In this document: positions 12,635-25,399 of the stretch, one piece after another
Layout: the number at the start of each line of letters is the position of its first letter
Position numbering within the stretch: position 1 is the stretch's first letter
From: Carcharhinus amblyrhynchos
Taxonomy: Eukaryota
Assembly (NCBI GenBank): GCA_965287045.1
Contig: OZ336876.1
Location: 56,110,001 to 56,174,000, forward strand
Direction: 5' to 3'
Length of the DNA stretch: 64,000 nucleotides
Notes under the pieces: model-generated
What the model was told of the DNA's origin: nothing
What the model saw: only the letters and a program-made list of their open reading frames with translations
Database searches by the model: none
Position numbers and translations under genes: made by a program

Positions 12635-13375
12635 ACTTTCAGCCATTGAATGAGATCATGGCTGATTTGTCTTGTAACTTCATCCAGCTTTATCCATTAT
12701 CACCTTTAGCTGACAAATAAAAATCTATCAGTCTCAAATTGAAAATTATGAATTGAGCCAATTCTTTTGTGGGAGAGTTCCATACTTCTTTCATCCTTCT
12801 TGTGAAGATGAGTTTGTCAATGTACTATTAATTACAGTCTATAACAATTACCATGTTAAGGGAATTGCTGGTTAAACATGTGACTTTGATTGTCCTATCT
12901 ATAGAGACAGCTAGAATATTTTGGGTGGAGAGCTACTTATAAATTAATGGGACTGAGGAAGTGTTTTCTGATAAACTGGCTTGAATCTAAAAGACCAGTC
13001 TAGATTCTTTCACCACAGCCATTTGTTGTGAGTAACAGTGCTTCCCAACATTTCTATTGCATATCCTGGCTTTGATTTTAATATTATATCCTCTTGTCTT
13101 AAACTTTCTGCCAACAGAAAAAAACCATTCTCTATCTGCCTGATGAATTTCCTCTCCTAAAAATCTCAATCAAGTCACCCATTAATCCTTTATATTCCAG
13201 GCAACAAAAGCCCACTTTATATCATAATCTAACCTTCTGCACCCTGGCAACATGTTTGTGAATCTGCTCTGCACTCTTGCCCAGGCAAATATATCATTTC
13301 TGAAGTGAGGTGCCTAGAACTACACACCGTATGCCAGGTATGGTCTAACCAAGGTCATAGGCTACATACCTGTTG
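12635..13375 (-). mobile_element. Decayed CR1 3' fragments
   Basis: GAGATCATGGCTGAT tail motif; the ORF track gives KFKTRGYNIKIKARI-like CR1 C-terminal peptide. Confidence 0.65.
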
Positions 13376-13396
13376 CTAACATGACATTTCTCTTGA

Positions 13397-13695
13397 TTGG
13401 TGGCACATTGGTTAGCCTCACACACCAGGAATCTGAGTTCAATTCTGGCTTTGGCTGACTGCTTGTGTGGTGTTTGCACATTCTCCCCGTGTCTGCGTGG
13501 GTTTACTTCAGTTGCTCCAGTTTCTTCCCACGGTCCAAAGATGTGTAGTTTAGGTAGATTGGCCATAGTAAATGTGCTAGGTTATTGGGATAGGGCGGTG
13601 GGGGGAATGGGCCTGGGTAAGATGCTCTTCCAGAGAATCGGTGCAGACTTGATAGGCCAAATGGCCTTCTGCACTACAAGGTTTCTATGATTCTT
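13397..13695 (+). mobile_element. HE1-like V-SINE
   Basis: V-domain TTTGCACATTCTCCCCGTGTCTGCGTGGGTTT; tail TTCTATGATTCT. Confidence 0.9.
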
Positions 13696-16600
13696 GCTGC
13701 CACCTGAGTAACCAAGATGGAGGATATGTCTACTTACTCTTCTAAAATTCAATGACATGAGAGCTGATTGCTGTCTCTGGCAGCCACTGTCTGAAGGAGG
13801 ACCAGCTGTAAGCTGTATCCCTAAATCAGATTTTAGGGCAGCACAGTCATGCTACTATGATTCAGCATGTTCACACATCTTAGGCCAGATAGAGAGACTG
13901 ACAGGACTTAGATCCCTAAGAGACTTTCAGATTTATGAAAATTTGTTTGCTATTTCTCATTTTTTAAGCCTTTGCATTTTCATATTTTCATTAAGATCCA
14001 AGCAAATGCCACCAGAAAGTTATTATAAAAAATGTTTAATGCCTGATGATTCTATATTGTACTCATTACTAAAGGAGTCATGTTATAACTATAAATACTC
14101 TGGAAGAATGCAATAAAGGATTCTAAAGTACTAATTGGAGAAATCCTAATGAAATGAAGTTTACCAATTCTATCCTGAAGGCCTTTTTTTTAAAAAAGAC
14201 AATGTTTAAAAAGATTTTGAGCTTGCAAGCCAAATTTTAGTCTCTTTCTTTGAAGTCGATGAACAAGAAAATGGGATGAAGTGCAAAATGAGCTATTGAT
14301 TCAGCCAAAGCAAAATTAATTGCAAAACACTCTCATGGTCGCTTTGATTTCTATTACTATTAAATCTGGCCTAATTTATACGTATATAAATTACTGTTCT
14401 AAGTTCCAAAGACCAACACTTGATGAAAATTGTACATCTAATGAGCTGTCTTAATTCAAATTGAAAAATGTCAGATTTAAGATAAGAGAAGTAAATATTT
14501 TAAGAACAAAAGAACAATATTGACATTTTTATCAGTGACAAGGAGCTTTTAATTGCCTTAAAATAGTCTCCCCATGTCCTCACAGATACTGTATTGGTTA
14601 CATGACTGCTGCCTAGATAAATGCATCTCTTTATTCTTGGTCGATTCATTGTCATTCCTGGGAGTCAGATAGGTTGCCTGAATATCCAAAAACATTCTTC
14701 AGAAGACAGTTTGCCACAAATCATTCTGAGTTACTGCATGCCTGTAAAGCTTCCCGTGAAAAGAATTCCTAACATTTTACCTTCCTTCATTTTTAAGTTA
14801 ATCCAGAGTGTGAACAACACAAAAAAAAGGAACACTTAAATAGATCTTGGGCTGAAATGCAAAATGGACAATGATGAGTGGCAGTCCATTTTACATGCCA
14901 TTCATTCTCCTTTCTGTTGATATCAGTGACAAAGAAAATTGGCAGAATATAAACATGACTGCTGATTGACCATCACTTGTGTTTCACCCAAGACCAGTTT
15001 CACCCTCCCAGTTCTTTAGTAAATGTAGCACAAAATCTAGTTGTGAAAATTGTCATTAATAAAATCAGTAAAAGTAATCAAAGGAAATCCATCTTGCCTG
15101 TTCATTTTTAACTCAGTCTTTTATTTCTTCTCAGGGATAATATCCTGTTCTGATACTTAATTTTACCACTGGTTTATTTGAAACTGTATATTAAAGTCAA
15201 AGAACTGTGAATTCATTTCAAGCTTGAAAATTGAGATGACAGTCTATCGTGGTATTGCTGTGTCGGAAGGTATGATGTTGTCATTGCTTCAGTTAATGGA
15301 CTTATATGTTGTATAATGCAGATGTCACAGAATCTGTTTAACATTCATTAACAGAATATGTCACGTCTTGCAAGAAAATGGAGTATAAATATAGTTAAGT
15401 AATTTTATGTTTTCAAAGGATGCATTTAGTTTTCTAAAAAATTTTGCACATAAGGAAATATCTGAGAAAGGGACTGTGTATCTGTTAAAAAGTTGTTTTG
15501 GATAATAGATAAATATTTCTCATTTCCCATATTCTGCACAAAGTCACATGCCTTGTCCTTATATTGTATTAGTGTCAATCACATTGCAAAATGTAAGTTC
15601 CATCTCCATTGTTAGAAAGCAGCATACTGAAACCTTTGTCAGCATAATCAGAATTAGAATTGAATTTTGACAGGATCTAAAGACGCGGCAGCTCATAATA
15701 TGGCACTTGATAATCACAGCTAAGACATTTTTCTCCTTGAAGGACAAAAACGAAATTGTTTCAAAATACCTCATTTTAATCTCCCAACTGACGTCTACAC
15801 TAATGGAACAACTTTACCAGGAAAGACAATTGTGCTATTGCATATAGTAACTAGAGATAGATGTGTATTTGATTGATAAAACATTGAACACACAAAGGCA
15901 GGCACCACTGTTTGCAGACTATCTATTTGCATTCTTTTATTTTTACAATCCATTGCATTTTGAGGCAAAAGCTATATTAAATGAGCTTTATGTTTTTAGC
16001 TGTGATTGCAAATTAATACTATTAGCTGAAGGGTAATGGTACTGAACTAGCAACCTAGAGGTTAAAGTGTTAATTGCACCATAGCAATTTGTGAAATTGA
16101 ACTCAGTTCAGGAATACAACTCTTGAACTTTTCCTCACAAGCACAATCTGACTTTCCAAACGTTGCTGCCCATAATATAAGAACCTAGCACAATGCAACC
16201 TTCACTATGGACATTTTTCAACACTCTGGTTTGAGTATTTTTTTTTCAACAGTGCAATCCTTAGCTACTCCCTTATATTTTGTGCTGGATTCCCCATTTC
16301 AAATTTCAATGCTTTCTCTTTGAAACTGTCTAACTCAGCACTTCTCTTTCTAATGTCTTTTGACATGATTGACTGAACTGACCTTTATATTGTCTGCTAC
16401 CATTTGTAACACCTTACTGCATTTTAAAGTGCATTTACGAGCATCTAAACCGATTTGTTGCTGATGTGTGAAAGTAATTAGCATACATGTTATTCTTCCC
16501 TGATCTGGTTATTCCAATAAAGAATGCTCCTCTGTGCCAGATCTGATGAATGCTTCAGATGGAATCAGGCATCTTTCTTGCTCTTTCAGATATGAAAGCA

Positions 16601-16810
16601 GGAAAGTCTACACATATTACATACACTACATATCCATCAGCGTCAGTGGAGAGAAAAGTCTGATTTATGTTTCTGGTATATAGCCTCCTTCAAAACTGGA
16701 AACTAAAAGATAAGCAAATCTTGTGGAAGAGTGGAAGAGCAAATAAAGGAGAATGGAAATGACAACAGAAACTGTACTTAGCAAGTGTAAAGGAGTAAGT
16801 AGAATCCATT

Positions 16811-17524
16811 TAAGAACATAAGAAATAGGAGCAGGAGTAGGCCATCTAGCCCTTTGAGCCTGCCCCGCCATTCAATAAGATCATGGCTGATCTGAAGTGG
16901 CTCAGTTCCACTTTCCCGCTTTCTCCCCATAACCCTTAATTCCCTTGCCTACCAAAAACCTATCTACCCATGTCTTAAATATATTAAATATATTTCCACC
17001 ACATCAACGGGCAGAGAATTCCAGAGATTCACCACCCTCTGAGTGAAGAAGTTCCTCCTCAACTCCGTTCTAAACTGCCCCCCCCCCTTATCTTGAGGCT
17101 GTGCCCTCTAGTCCTGCTGTCCTTTCTGAGCGGGAAGAACCTCTCTACCTCCACCCTATCCATCCCCTTCATTAACTTATACGTCTCTATAAGATCCCCC
17201 CTCATCCTTCTAAACTCCAATGAGTACAAACCCAGTCTATTCAGCCTCTCTTCATAGTCCAACCCCCTCATCTCCGGTATCAGCCTAGTGAACCTCCTCT
17301 GCACTCCCTCCAAGGCCAAAATATCCTTGCGCAAGTGTGGCGACCAAAACTGCACACAGTACTCCAGCTGCGGCCTCACCAGTGCCCTGTACAGTTGCAG
17401 CAAGACCTCTCTGCTTTTATATTCAATCCCCCTCGCTATAAAGGCCATTTGCCTTCCTGATCAACTGGTGCACCTGCAGGCTGGGTTTTTGCGACTCATG
17501 CACAAGGACCCCTAGGTCCCTCTC
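16811..17524 (-). mobile_element. CR1 LINE 3' end, close relative of the 61174-64000 element
   Basis: TAAGAACATAAGAAATAGGAGCAGGAGTAG tail; the 17059-17448 peptide is highly similar to the C-terminus of the 907-aa ORF. Confidence 0.95.
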
Positions 17525-19393
17525 TTTGAAAGAGATCCAGGTAGCTGCTAAATAGTGGAAAATATAATCTCAATGAGGGAATGAAAACTTGCAAAAAACT
17601 AAGATGGTCAAAAACACAGGAAAAGCATGAATTCTGAAAAAATAACAGGGAATGATAAACACACAAGCTTAATTTTAACTCTGGGCAAGAGTTCAATGTG
17701 GGGAATATTACAAGCGGGATTACTGGTCAAAAGCATGAACCTCCTCAATTGCAGGGCATGTTCCAATCTTCCCTGTATGGATGAGAAATTTTGAACTATG
17801 ACACTTTATTTCATGCAGTTTCCAGAATTTTGGTGTGGACATTTTATGTATGCATGAATAATTTTGTGTACTATGTATGCATGAATAATTTGGGGTACAT
17901 ATATTACCTTATGCATGAAAAAAAATCCTACTAAATTGGAGCAAAAATGTTTGACAGTAATTCTAATTTGATCACAGAATTTGTTTGGTGGTATAGAACT
18001 TGTGATACAGAACTGAAGTATTGCTTAAAAATGACTTTTTGTCCAAGCTTTTCACTTTATTCTGATCAGGACAGTTTGCAAAAATACCAATGTCAGGGGA
18101 AATAATAAATTTAAACTGTATGAAGAGAGACTGCTGATTGGATGGCAAGCAGAACTCTGATTGGCAGAAGTATTGATATGGAAAATGCACCAGTGATAGT
18201 TAACTGCTGAGTACTGTTTGAATTTAACCCAGGCTGCTTGACTCTAATTAGTCAAGGCAATGCCCTGAGGAATAAACTAGCAATTGGCCATCACTTATTT
18301 TGTTTAGCTGAAATAGGTATAAGTTCTATCTACAAAGAACAGGGCCCTGTGTATCAATATATGTAGCAACCTATACATGGATGGGCCATACAGCAAACTC
18401 AACTGACAATCTTAAATTTGTTGTCTGCATTATGCTTAACACGCTGAGGATTACTTAGCAAATGTCTAATTGGGGAATAAGGTCTAATGTTGGACATTGT
18501 TTCGAGTTTTGCAAATACCCTCTATGGCTCAAACTAGTTGGGTATGGTCTGTCCTTGCCTGTTGCGAACTGTAGAAGCGATGTGCTGTTTGATGTGATTT
18601 GCCAGACTTTGGGACGTATGGCCTTATCTGGCATTACACTGGCATGAAAATTCGAATACCACACTACTCATTATGAGATAGGCAGTCTTTTTGCTTGATG
18701 GCAGCATCCTGTTAGTAGCAAACACCGCTTGTGTTGCTACTGCATAGTAGTGGCAGGAAAGAGCTGGTTTCACCTGTTGCTCAAATCTTTGATCTAACTT
18801 GCCCTTCTAGGGTAATCCTGGGTAGATTGGGCACTTTTTGAATTATGTATACTTGGTCCTTTTTCTGTAATTCTTTGTTAAACCTGAAATCTACTGGTGA
18901 TATATTTAATGATTAATTTGTTTATACAACATTCCCTTTGTTATTTTAATAAAGACAGTATTATATTTATTTTAAGTGGGTAAATATCTTCCTGAAAGTA
19001 GTGGACAACAATGTTATATGAATACATCGAGTATTTTTCTTTTTGAACTTCTTGCATGTTCAATAAAAACTGAGCTCTCTATACACTGTAAAAACTCAAT
19101 TATATTTTCTCCTTTAATTAACATTAGTTCTTACTCAGAGCATCGCCGCCTACCCTTTTGTGGTCTGATTCATCTTTTGACATCACGTTAATCAAGTTTT
19201 CAATATTGAGAGCTTTTTCCACCATTGTTTATGAATAGAAGGGACATTCAAAGTGCTGGTGCAGGGGGAGCATGACTGATGGTAAACCGTTCGACAGCCT
19301 TGGCTATCGCTGCTTTGTAGCTACTGGCAGGTGATGCTGAAACGTGTGGTAAATGCAAAACACTTCTCACACAAAAACAAAGAGTCATCTGGA

Positions 19394-19708
19394 ATCATAG
19401 AAATTATAGAAATCCTACAGTGCAGAAGGAGGCCATTCGGCCCATCGAGTCTGCACTGACAACAATCCCACCCAAGCCCTATCCCCCATGCCCACATATT
19501 TACCCCGCTAATCCCTCTAACCTACGCACCCTGAGACACTAAGAGGTAATTTAGAATGACCAGCCTAACTCGCACTTCTTTAAACTGTGGCAGAAAACCG
19601 AAGGAAACCTACGCAGACATGGAGAGAATGTGTAGACGCCACACAGACAGTAACTCAAGCCAGGTCCCTGGCACTGTGAGGCAGCAGTGCTAACCACTGT
19701 GCCACCCA
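19394..19708 (-). mobile_element. HE1-like V-SINE
   Basis: ATCATAGAAATTATAGAAATCCTACAGTGCAGAAGGAGGCC tail; head GCAGCAGTGCTAACCACTGTGCCACC. Confidence 0.9.
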
Positions 19709-19709
19709 A

Positions 19710-19802
19710 GTTTGGCTCAATTCTCTCTCCACAAATGCTGTCAGGCGTGCTGAGATTTTCCAGCATTTCCTGTTTGTGTTTCAGATTCCAGTAGCTGCAG
19801 TG
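19710..19802 (+). mobile_element. Penelope-like terminal fragment
   Basis: CTCTCCACAAATGCTGTCAGGCGTGCTGAGATTTTCCAGCATTT matches 37355-37405 and the reverse complement of 57730-57780. Confidence 0.65.
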
Positions 19803-19949
19803 AAACATTTTTTTCTTTGTAAAACAGAAGATCTTAGCTGGGAGCCATGCCTGAGCACTTGTCAACGTAGTCAATTTGCTCTCTGAGGGGACAATGAAAC
19901 TGGTTTGTTGAAGAACCTCAATGTATCGTGCCAACTAGTCTTTATCAGG

Positions 19950-21478
19950 TTTCTGGGTCGCACAGAGACACCTGAAGTTGAATTCTTTGTTTCGCATGGA
20001 ATGTTAATAGGTTACATTTATCTACAGCCATCAGCAGCCGATCCATTAGCTGTGAAGTGTCCCTTCAATAAACAATGCGCTTCTGCTGTGTGATGATGGC
20101 AATGAGTTATTGCAACTGGTACTTCAAATTGGATTGGATTAGATCGAAGGTGATTGAGTCCATTTCTGCCAATTCTAGCTCGATTGGATTTGGGAAATAT
20201 TTGCGGGTTGGTTTACACTCGCGGTTGTACGTTTGGGTTTTATGGGTTTTTGACGCCTCAAACGGAGAGGAAAAATAACAAAATCGCTTCTCAATTCACA
20301 ACATTGCAAAAAAAAATCTCGCCCAGCAGGATAGCTCCGTATTCAGATATTGCCCTCAACGACACGTGTTAAGATTAATTGTCTCAATTTTTTATATAAA
20401 AAAATTGCTGCAGATGTGTGACTAGTGATGCAGTTACATAATTGTACCACTAATCACTTAAATAATCTCTCACTCTTTCCCTCTCTCTTTTTTTTCCATG
20501 CATTAAATTGCCTAATTACATTGCTGCACGGCGATGCTCAAGGGAATGAAGCCAAAATGTATTGTGTCTTTATAGAAATAAGTTGCCAGACCATCAGAAC
20601 AGTTTCCCGGTTAGATGTGTTACTGTTGGGTATATTAAACCCTGCCGGCACCGTTCCAGATCTCACAATCAAGTGATAAATGCATCCGACGGTGTCAGGC
20701 TGGAATATGATTAGCAACATCTTGTCCTTGCAGAGAAACTTGGCAAATTAACTCAGTGCTCGGTTCTTTGTAGCGTGCGTTCCGCCCCCTCCCCCCGCCA
20801 CCAGGAGCTGAGCAGACTGCGGTGCCAGGAACCCAAGCCCACACTGTCAGCGACTGGCCGACCTGCCAATGACTCCCTTCACCACAAACCAATCCCTGCC
20901 ACCGACAGGCGGGCTTTCCCCGCCGCCAGTCTTTTTTTTAATATCACGGGGAACTTTCAGCTCTGTCGGGATCCGGTTTCTATTTTCCCATTTATTTTAT
21001 CTCACGCGGTCTCTGCTTCTGAGCGTGAAATGCTCATTTTGCCCCTATAGTAGAGGCCAGATATCCTTGCTGAGCTCCCAGACTCTGCTCTCCTCCCTCC
21101 CCAGCTTTCATGATCCGCTTCTCTGCTGAATGACTCCAGAGCTCACGGACGTTTTCTCAATCCGGCACCTTGCAATGCTGCAAAGGGAGCTAACTGTGAA
21201 TGCTGAGACTTGATCCCCCGGGGATAGATTTTTCTTTGTTCTCTTTTCCATTGAACTTTCAGCAACAGCCGACAATCCCTGTGCTCCTTCCACTCGCGTC
21301 CTGAAGCGGATGACTTGAGATTAAGAAACTGACACTCGACTCAATGGGAGACGCGGAAAGGAGCATCGGCGGTTTCCTCTCTCCCGAGATATTTGTGTAG
21401 AGAAGGTGCTAGGATTGTTTTCATGTGTCATTCAGAGCCGTTGGACAAGCCGTGTGTGTATTATTTGGAGCGGGCGGA
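19950..21478 (+). promoter_or_regulatory. CpG-enriched promoter / 5' UTR region of an unidentified gene
   Basis: Visibly higher CpG density than the flanks and no interspersed repeats; GC box CCGCCCCCTCCCCCCGCC (about 20783), CCAAT (about 20889) and a kappaB-like GGGCTTTCCC (20911), directly upstream of the candidate exon. Confidence 0.65.
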
Positions 21479-21554
21479 ATGGCACAATTTCCCTTGTATC
21501 TGAACTCCGCAATGCTGGTATTATTTAGTTGTGACTTCCGCCTGGTGACAGCAA
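21479..21554 (+). CDS. Candidate first coding exon encoding a signal peptide (MAQFPLYLNSAMLVLFSCDFRLVTA + 1 nt) of a secreted or membrane protein
   Basis: Strong Kozak context (GGCGGAATGG), hydrophobic core with V-T-A at the -3/-1 positions, consensus phase-1 donor CAA|GTAAGT at 21555, located at the end of a CpG island. No downstream exon identified. Confidence 0.65.
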
Positions 21555-21635
21555 GTAAGTGGATTTGTTTTTACTCTGACCCTCCTGAGCATTACACAGA
21601 TGCCCAGTGTAACTTAAACAGCACTGATATTCGTC

Positions 21636-22610
21636 AACTGGAAGTGATGTGGAAGTCAGTGGGGTATCCAGCAAGGGACTGGAAATCTGGGGAATTCAAC
21701 GGGAGACTGGAAATCAGCTGGGAATTCAACAGGGGATTGGAAATCAGCAGGTGACTGGAAATCAGTGGGGAATTCAGCGGGAGACTGGAAATCAGCTGGG
21801 AATTCAGCAGCGGATTGGAAATCAGCAGGAATATCAGCATGTGACTGGAAATCAGTGGGGAATTCAATAGGGGACTGAAAATCAGCGGGGAATTCAAGGG
21901 ACTGGAAATCAGTGGGAAATCCAGGGGATTGGAAATCAGTGGGGAATTTAGTGGGGAACTGGAAATTAGTGGGGAATTCAGCAGATGCCTGGAAATCAAC
22001 AAAGAATTCAGCAGGGAATTTGAAATCAGCAGGGGACTGGAAATCAGCTGGGAATTCAGTGGGGGGAAATCAGTGGGGAATTGGAAATTAGTGGGGAATT
22101 CAGCGGGGGACTGGAAATCAGTGGGGAATTCAGCGGGGGACTGGAAATCAGTGGGGAATTCAGCAGGGGACTGGAAATCAGTGGGGAATTCAGTGGGGAA
22201 CTGGAAATCAGTGGGGAATTCAGCAGGGGACTGGAAATCAGTGGGGAATTCAGCAGGGGACTGGACATCAGTGGGGAATTCAGCGGGGGACTGGAAATCA
22301 GTGAGGAATTCAGCGGGGGACTGGAAATCAGTGGGGAATTCAGCAGGAGACTGGAAATCAATGAGCTTTGCAGATGTAGGGTGTGTGAAGAACTGGAAGT
22401 CAATGGGAAAACCAGTGGGAGGGGGTGAGGGGGGAGTCAATGGGGTCTCCAACAGGGAAGGTGGTGAAAATCAATGGGGTATCCAGCGGAGTTGGGGGGG
22501 GGGTATTCAAGAAGGGGGATTGGAAGTCAATGGGGTATTCAGCGGGGGAGGGGACTGGAAGTCGTGGGGTATGAGGGGGTGGACTGGGAGTCAGTGGGGT
22601 ATCCAACAGG
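21636..22610. repeat. 30-bp G-rich minisatellite
   Basis: Unit CTGGAAATCAGTGGGGAATTCAGCRGGGGA; near-perfect at about 22080-22360 and decaying at both ends. Confidence 0.95.
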
Positions 22611-25019
22611 TTCGTGACCTAGTTTGATGGTCAGAGAGAGAGAATTGCTCCATGAGCACTGCAAAGTGGTCTGCTGAGTGAGTGCATGTTAATCTTGTGC
22701 TAAATGACATGGATCTCAGTCAGGACTCAGTATAAACAGTGTGACAACCAAATGATCCAGGGACCTAGCCAAAGATACAGCGGTGGGTGTTGAACAGAAT
22801 TGCTAGCGAGTACTTGAGTAAAATCGCCGTGGTAACCTTGAGAAGGAAAGGTAATATTACATGGAAATAGGAAAGAGTGGAATACAACAACAGGTTGGGG
22901 AAGTGAGAGGGCTAAAACAAATCTGAGACATTCTGGAGCAAAATCCCGAAAGGTGCTCACCTCAGAAATGTGAGGAAAAGAGTCAAAATAAAACAGTAAA
23001 ACAGGGAGTTGAAATGTTTATAAAAAAGTGGCAGCCGTGGAGGAGCTGATGTCAGTCTCTGCAGGAAAGACAAAACTTGAAGGAGGAATTCTAACAAAAA
23101 AGGAACACGGGAAGTGGTTTAAGAAAGTGACCACATTAATCTCAGAATAAAATAAAAAGTGGAATCAGATTCATACAGACTTGTGTGTGTGTTGGGGGGT
23201 GGGGTTGTGTATATACATACACACTTGGAAACATTTCTGAAATCGAATACCTGTGGAAACCTGTTTGGGTCAAACGGGTCTGTAATATCAGGGAACACTA
23301 TTTGGCGAATAATTGTTTTAGTGTTCTGAGTTCCCGGTTTAATAATGGTGCTCAGCGCATTCATGCCATTATGATGGTTTCAGATAGTCTGTTTTCTGTA
23401 ACAGAACATAAAGCAAAGCCTGCAGCAGAGCATGCTAACCTGCATATGTTGGCAACTGCCCTGAATGATCGATATATCATCTGCGTAGCAACCAATGAAC
23501 TACGTATTCCAGATATGTGTTTAATTAGGAAAGGATAATGTACGCAAAAACCGAGTTTAATTTATGATTGCAGTAATTGAAAGTGTGTGGACGAACCTGA
23601 CCATGCTGATGTGCGTGACTGAGTACAGTCGTGGCAAACTTGAGCACTGGCATTATTCATTGGACTTGAAGTATTTGTGATTTTAGTGACAAAAGTTATG
23701 AATGCTGCTTGCAATAACAATGTGTCAATTTAAATATTTAAATAAGGTACGAATAGTTCCCCATTTGCTAAATCCCCAGTCATATTCAGACCACAGGCAC
23801 AGGAATGGAAAAGGTCATTCCCCACAAGAGCTCAGCAAAAGCTTTGCTGATCCTTCTCTCTCAGGTTCATCAAGGGCGTGGGAACAGGGTATCAGTCAAC
23901 CTACTTTCGGGCGCAGTGTGGAAAACCCAAAAAGTAATTAAAACACACAATGTAAGAAGGGAGAATTGCAAATACATGTTTGAAATGCACTTTCAACAGT
24001 GATATTTATTACGACTTCTGGATAATATTCCTGAACTATTTCAATGTTTGCTTGCTGTATTGCGATTTGCTCTTTATTATCACTTTACTGTTACATAAAC
24101 AATGTGGAAACTTGTATCGGAATCTAGATACGATATTCACCAGCGCCGTGTTCATTCTTATGCGATACGTGTCTATATTTTGTACCCGCATATCCCCATG
24201 GCACCTGTTGCAGGCCTATATCTGAACCGGTCTGTTCAGATAGCCAGCAATCCACAACTCAACCCTTCATATAATGTCCACCCGGACAAAAGCAGCAACG
24301 GATTCATCAGTGGAATATTCATGATTTAATCCATTAGTTTTTGTTTGTGTTAAATAATCCAATGCTTACTTGCGAACGGGTGTTACGCGGTATCTTTATT
24401 CTGGTTCAAATCTGCTGCTGTTTTTAAAATGTGTAACAAATAATACAAATTCAACAAAAAATGAGGCTTAGATTGAAGGGTAAAAGGTCCCAGCTATGCT
24501 GCTGTTGAGTCAAAGCACTGGAGGAACAGCACAAACTCTCACGTAGGCACTAAGAATGCAATCACATGTTTCAATGGAAGTGTACCATCCGCAATTAAAG
24601 TAAAATGTCGAGTACATTCAGAATAATATCATAAAGGGTACACTGACATATGTATATCTAGTGTTACTGAAATAACAGGCATTCCGAGCTTTGGGCTGGA
24701 AGCTTAATTGGGCTAGGTATATTCAATGTACGCACAAAACTTTCTCAGTCCCTGTTGCATGTGAAGACATTTAGAAATTGAGCTTACTACTTTTCTTGAA
24801 ATTAGCCAGGGGTTTATCACTATAGATCCCACTCATGTATAGAAGTGTAAACCGAAAGGCAGGTTGACTTATCTTTGCCACAGTATAAAAGGTGCCATGT
24901 TCTTCAGCCCTTTCTGCTGGGGTAGATATGTTATTCCCTCCAAGAAAATAAAACACATTTTAAAATTATCAGATTGATTAAAATTGTTTTACACATTTTA
25001 GAGTACATTCTAAGTCTGC

Positions 25020-25362
25020 AATATAGTGAGGGGCGTAGATAAGGCAGATAGTCAACATCTTTTCCCAAAGGTAGGGGAGTCTAAAACTAGAGGCATAGGT
25101 TTAAAATGAGAAGGGAGAGATACAAAAGGGTCTAGGGAGCAATTTTTTCACTCAGTGGTATCTGGAACAAGCTGCCAGAGGCAGGAGTAGAGGCGCGTAC
25201 AATTTTGTGTTTTTAAAATGCATTTAGACAGCTACATGGATAAGATGAGTATAGTGGGATAGGGGCCAAATGCGGGCAATTGGGACCAGCTTAGTGGTTA
25301 AAAACTGGGCGGCATGGGCAAGTTGGGCCGAAGGACCTGTTTCCCTGCTGTAAATCTCTATA
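25020..25362 (+). mobile_element. CR1 3' end fragment (same subfamily as 3546-5395)
   Basis: GGTAGGGGAGTCTAAAACTAGAGG ... GGCGGCATGGGCAAGTTGGGCCGAAGGACCTGTTTCC. Confidence 0.9.
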
Positions 25363-25399
25363 GTCAATTGACCTCTCCAGTCAATTTAGATGGTAAAAC

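Noticed and set aside
16533-16572. CTGATGA-containing hammerhead-like stretch
   Set aside because: No GAAA box and no consistent stems II or III.
21257-21278. REST/NRSE-like motif TTCAGCAACAGCCGACAA (also CTGTCCCTGGTCCGGA near 26463)
   Set aside because: Multiple mismatches and wrong spacing in the core half-sites.
21425-21754. 109-aa ORF as a complete gene
   Set aside because: It starts at a GTG and reads through a consensus donor into the minisatellite; only 21479-21554 is credible as coding.
21634-22627. Long ORFs of 272 and 232 aa with decapeptide repeats
   Set aside because: Open on both strands because the 30-bp unit lacks stop codons; no splice or homology support.
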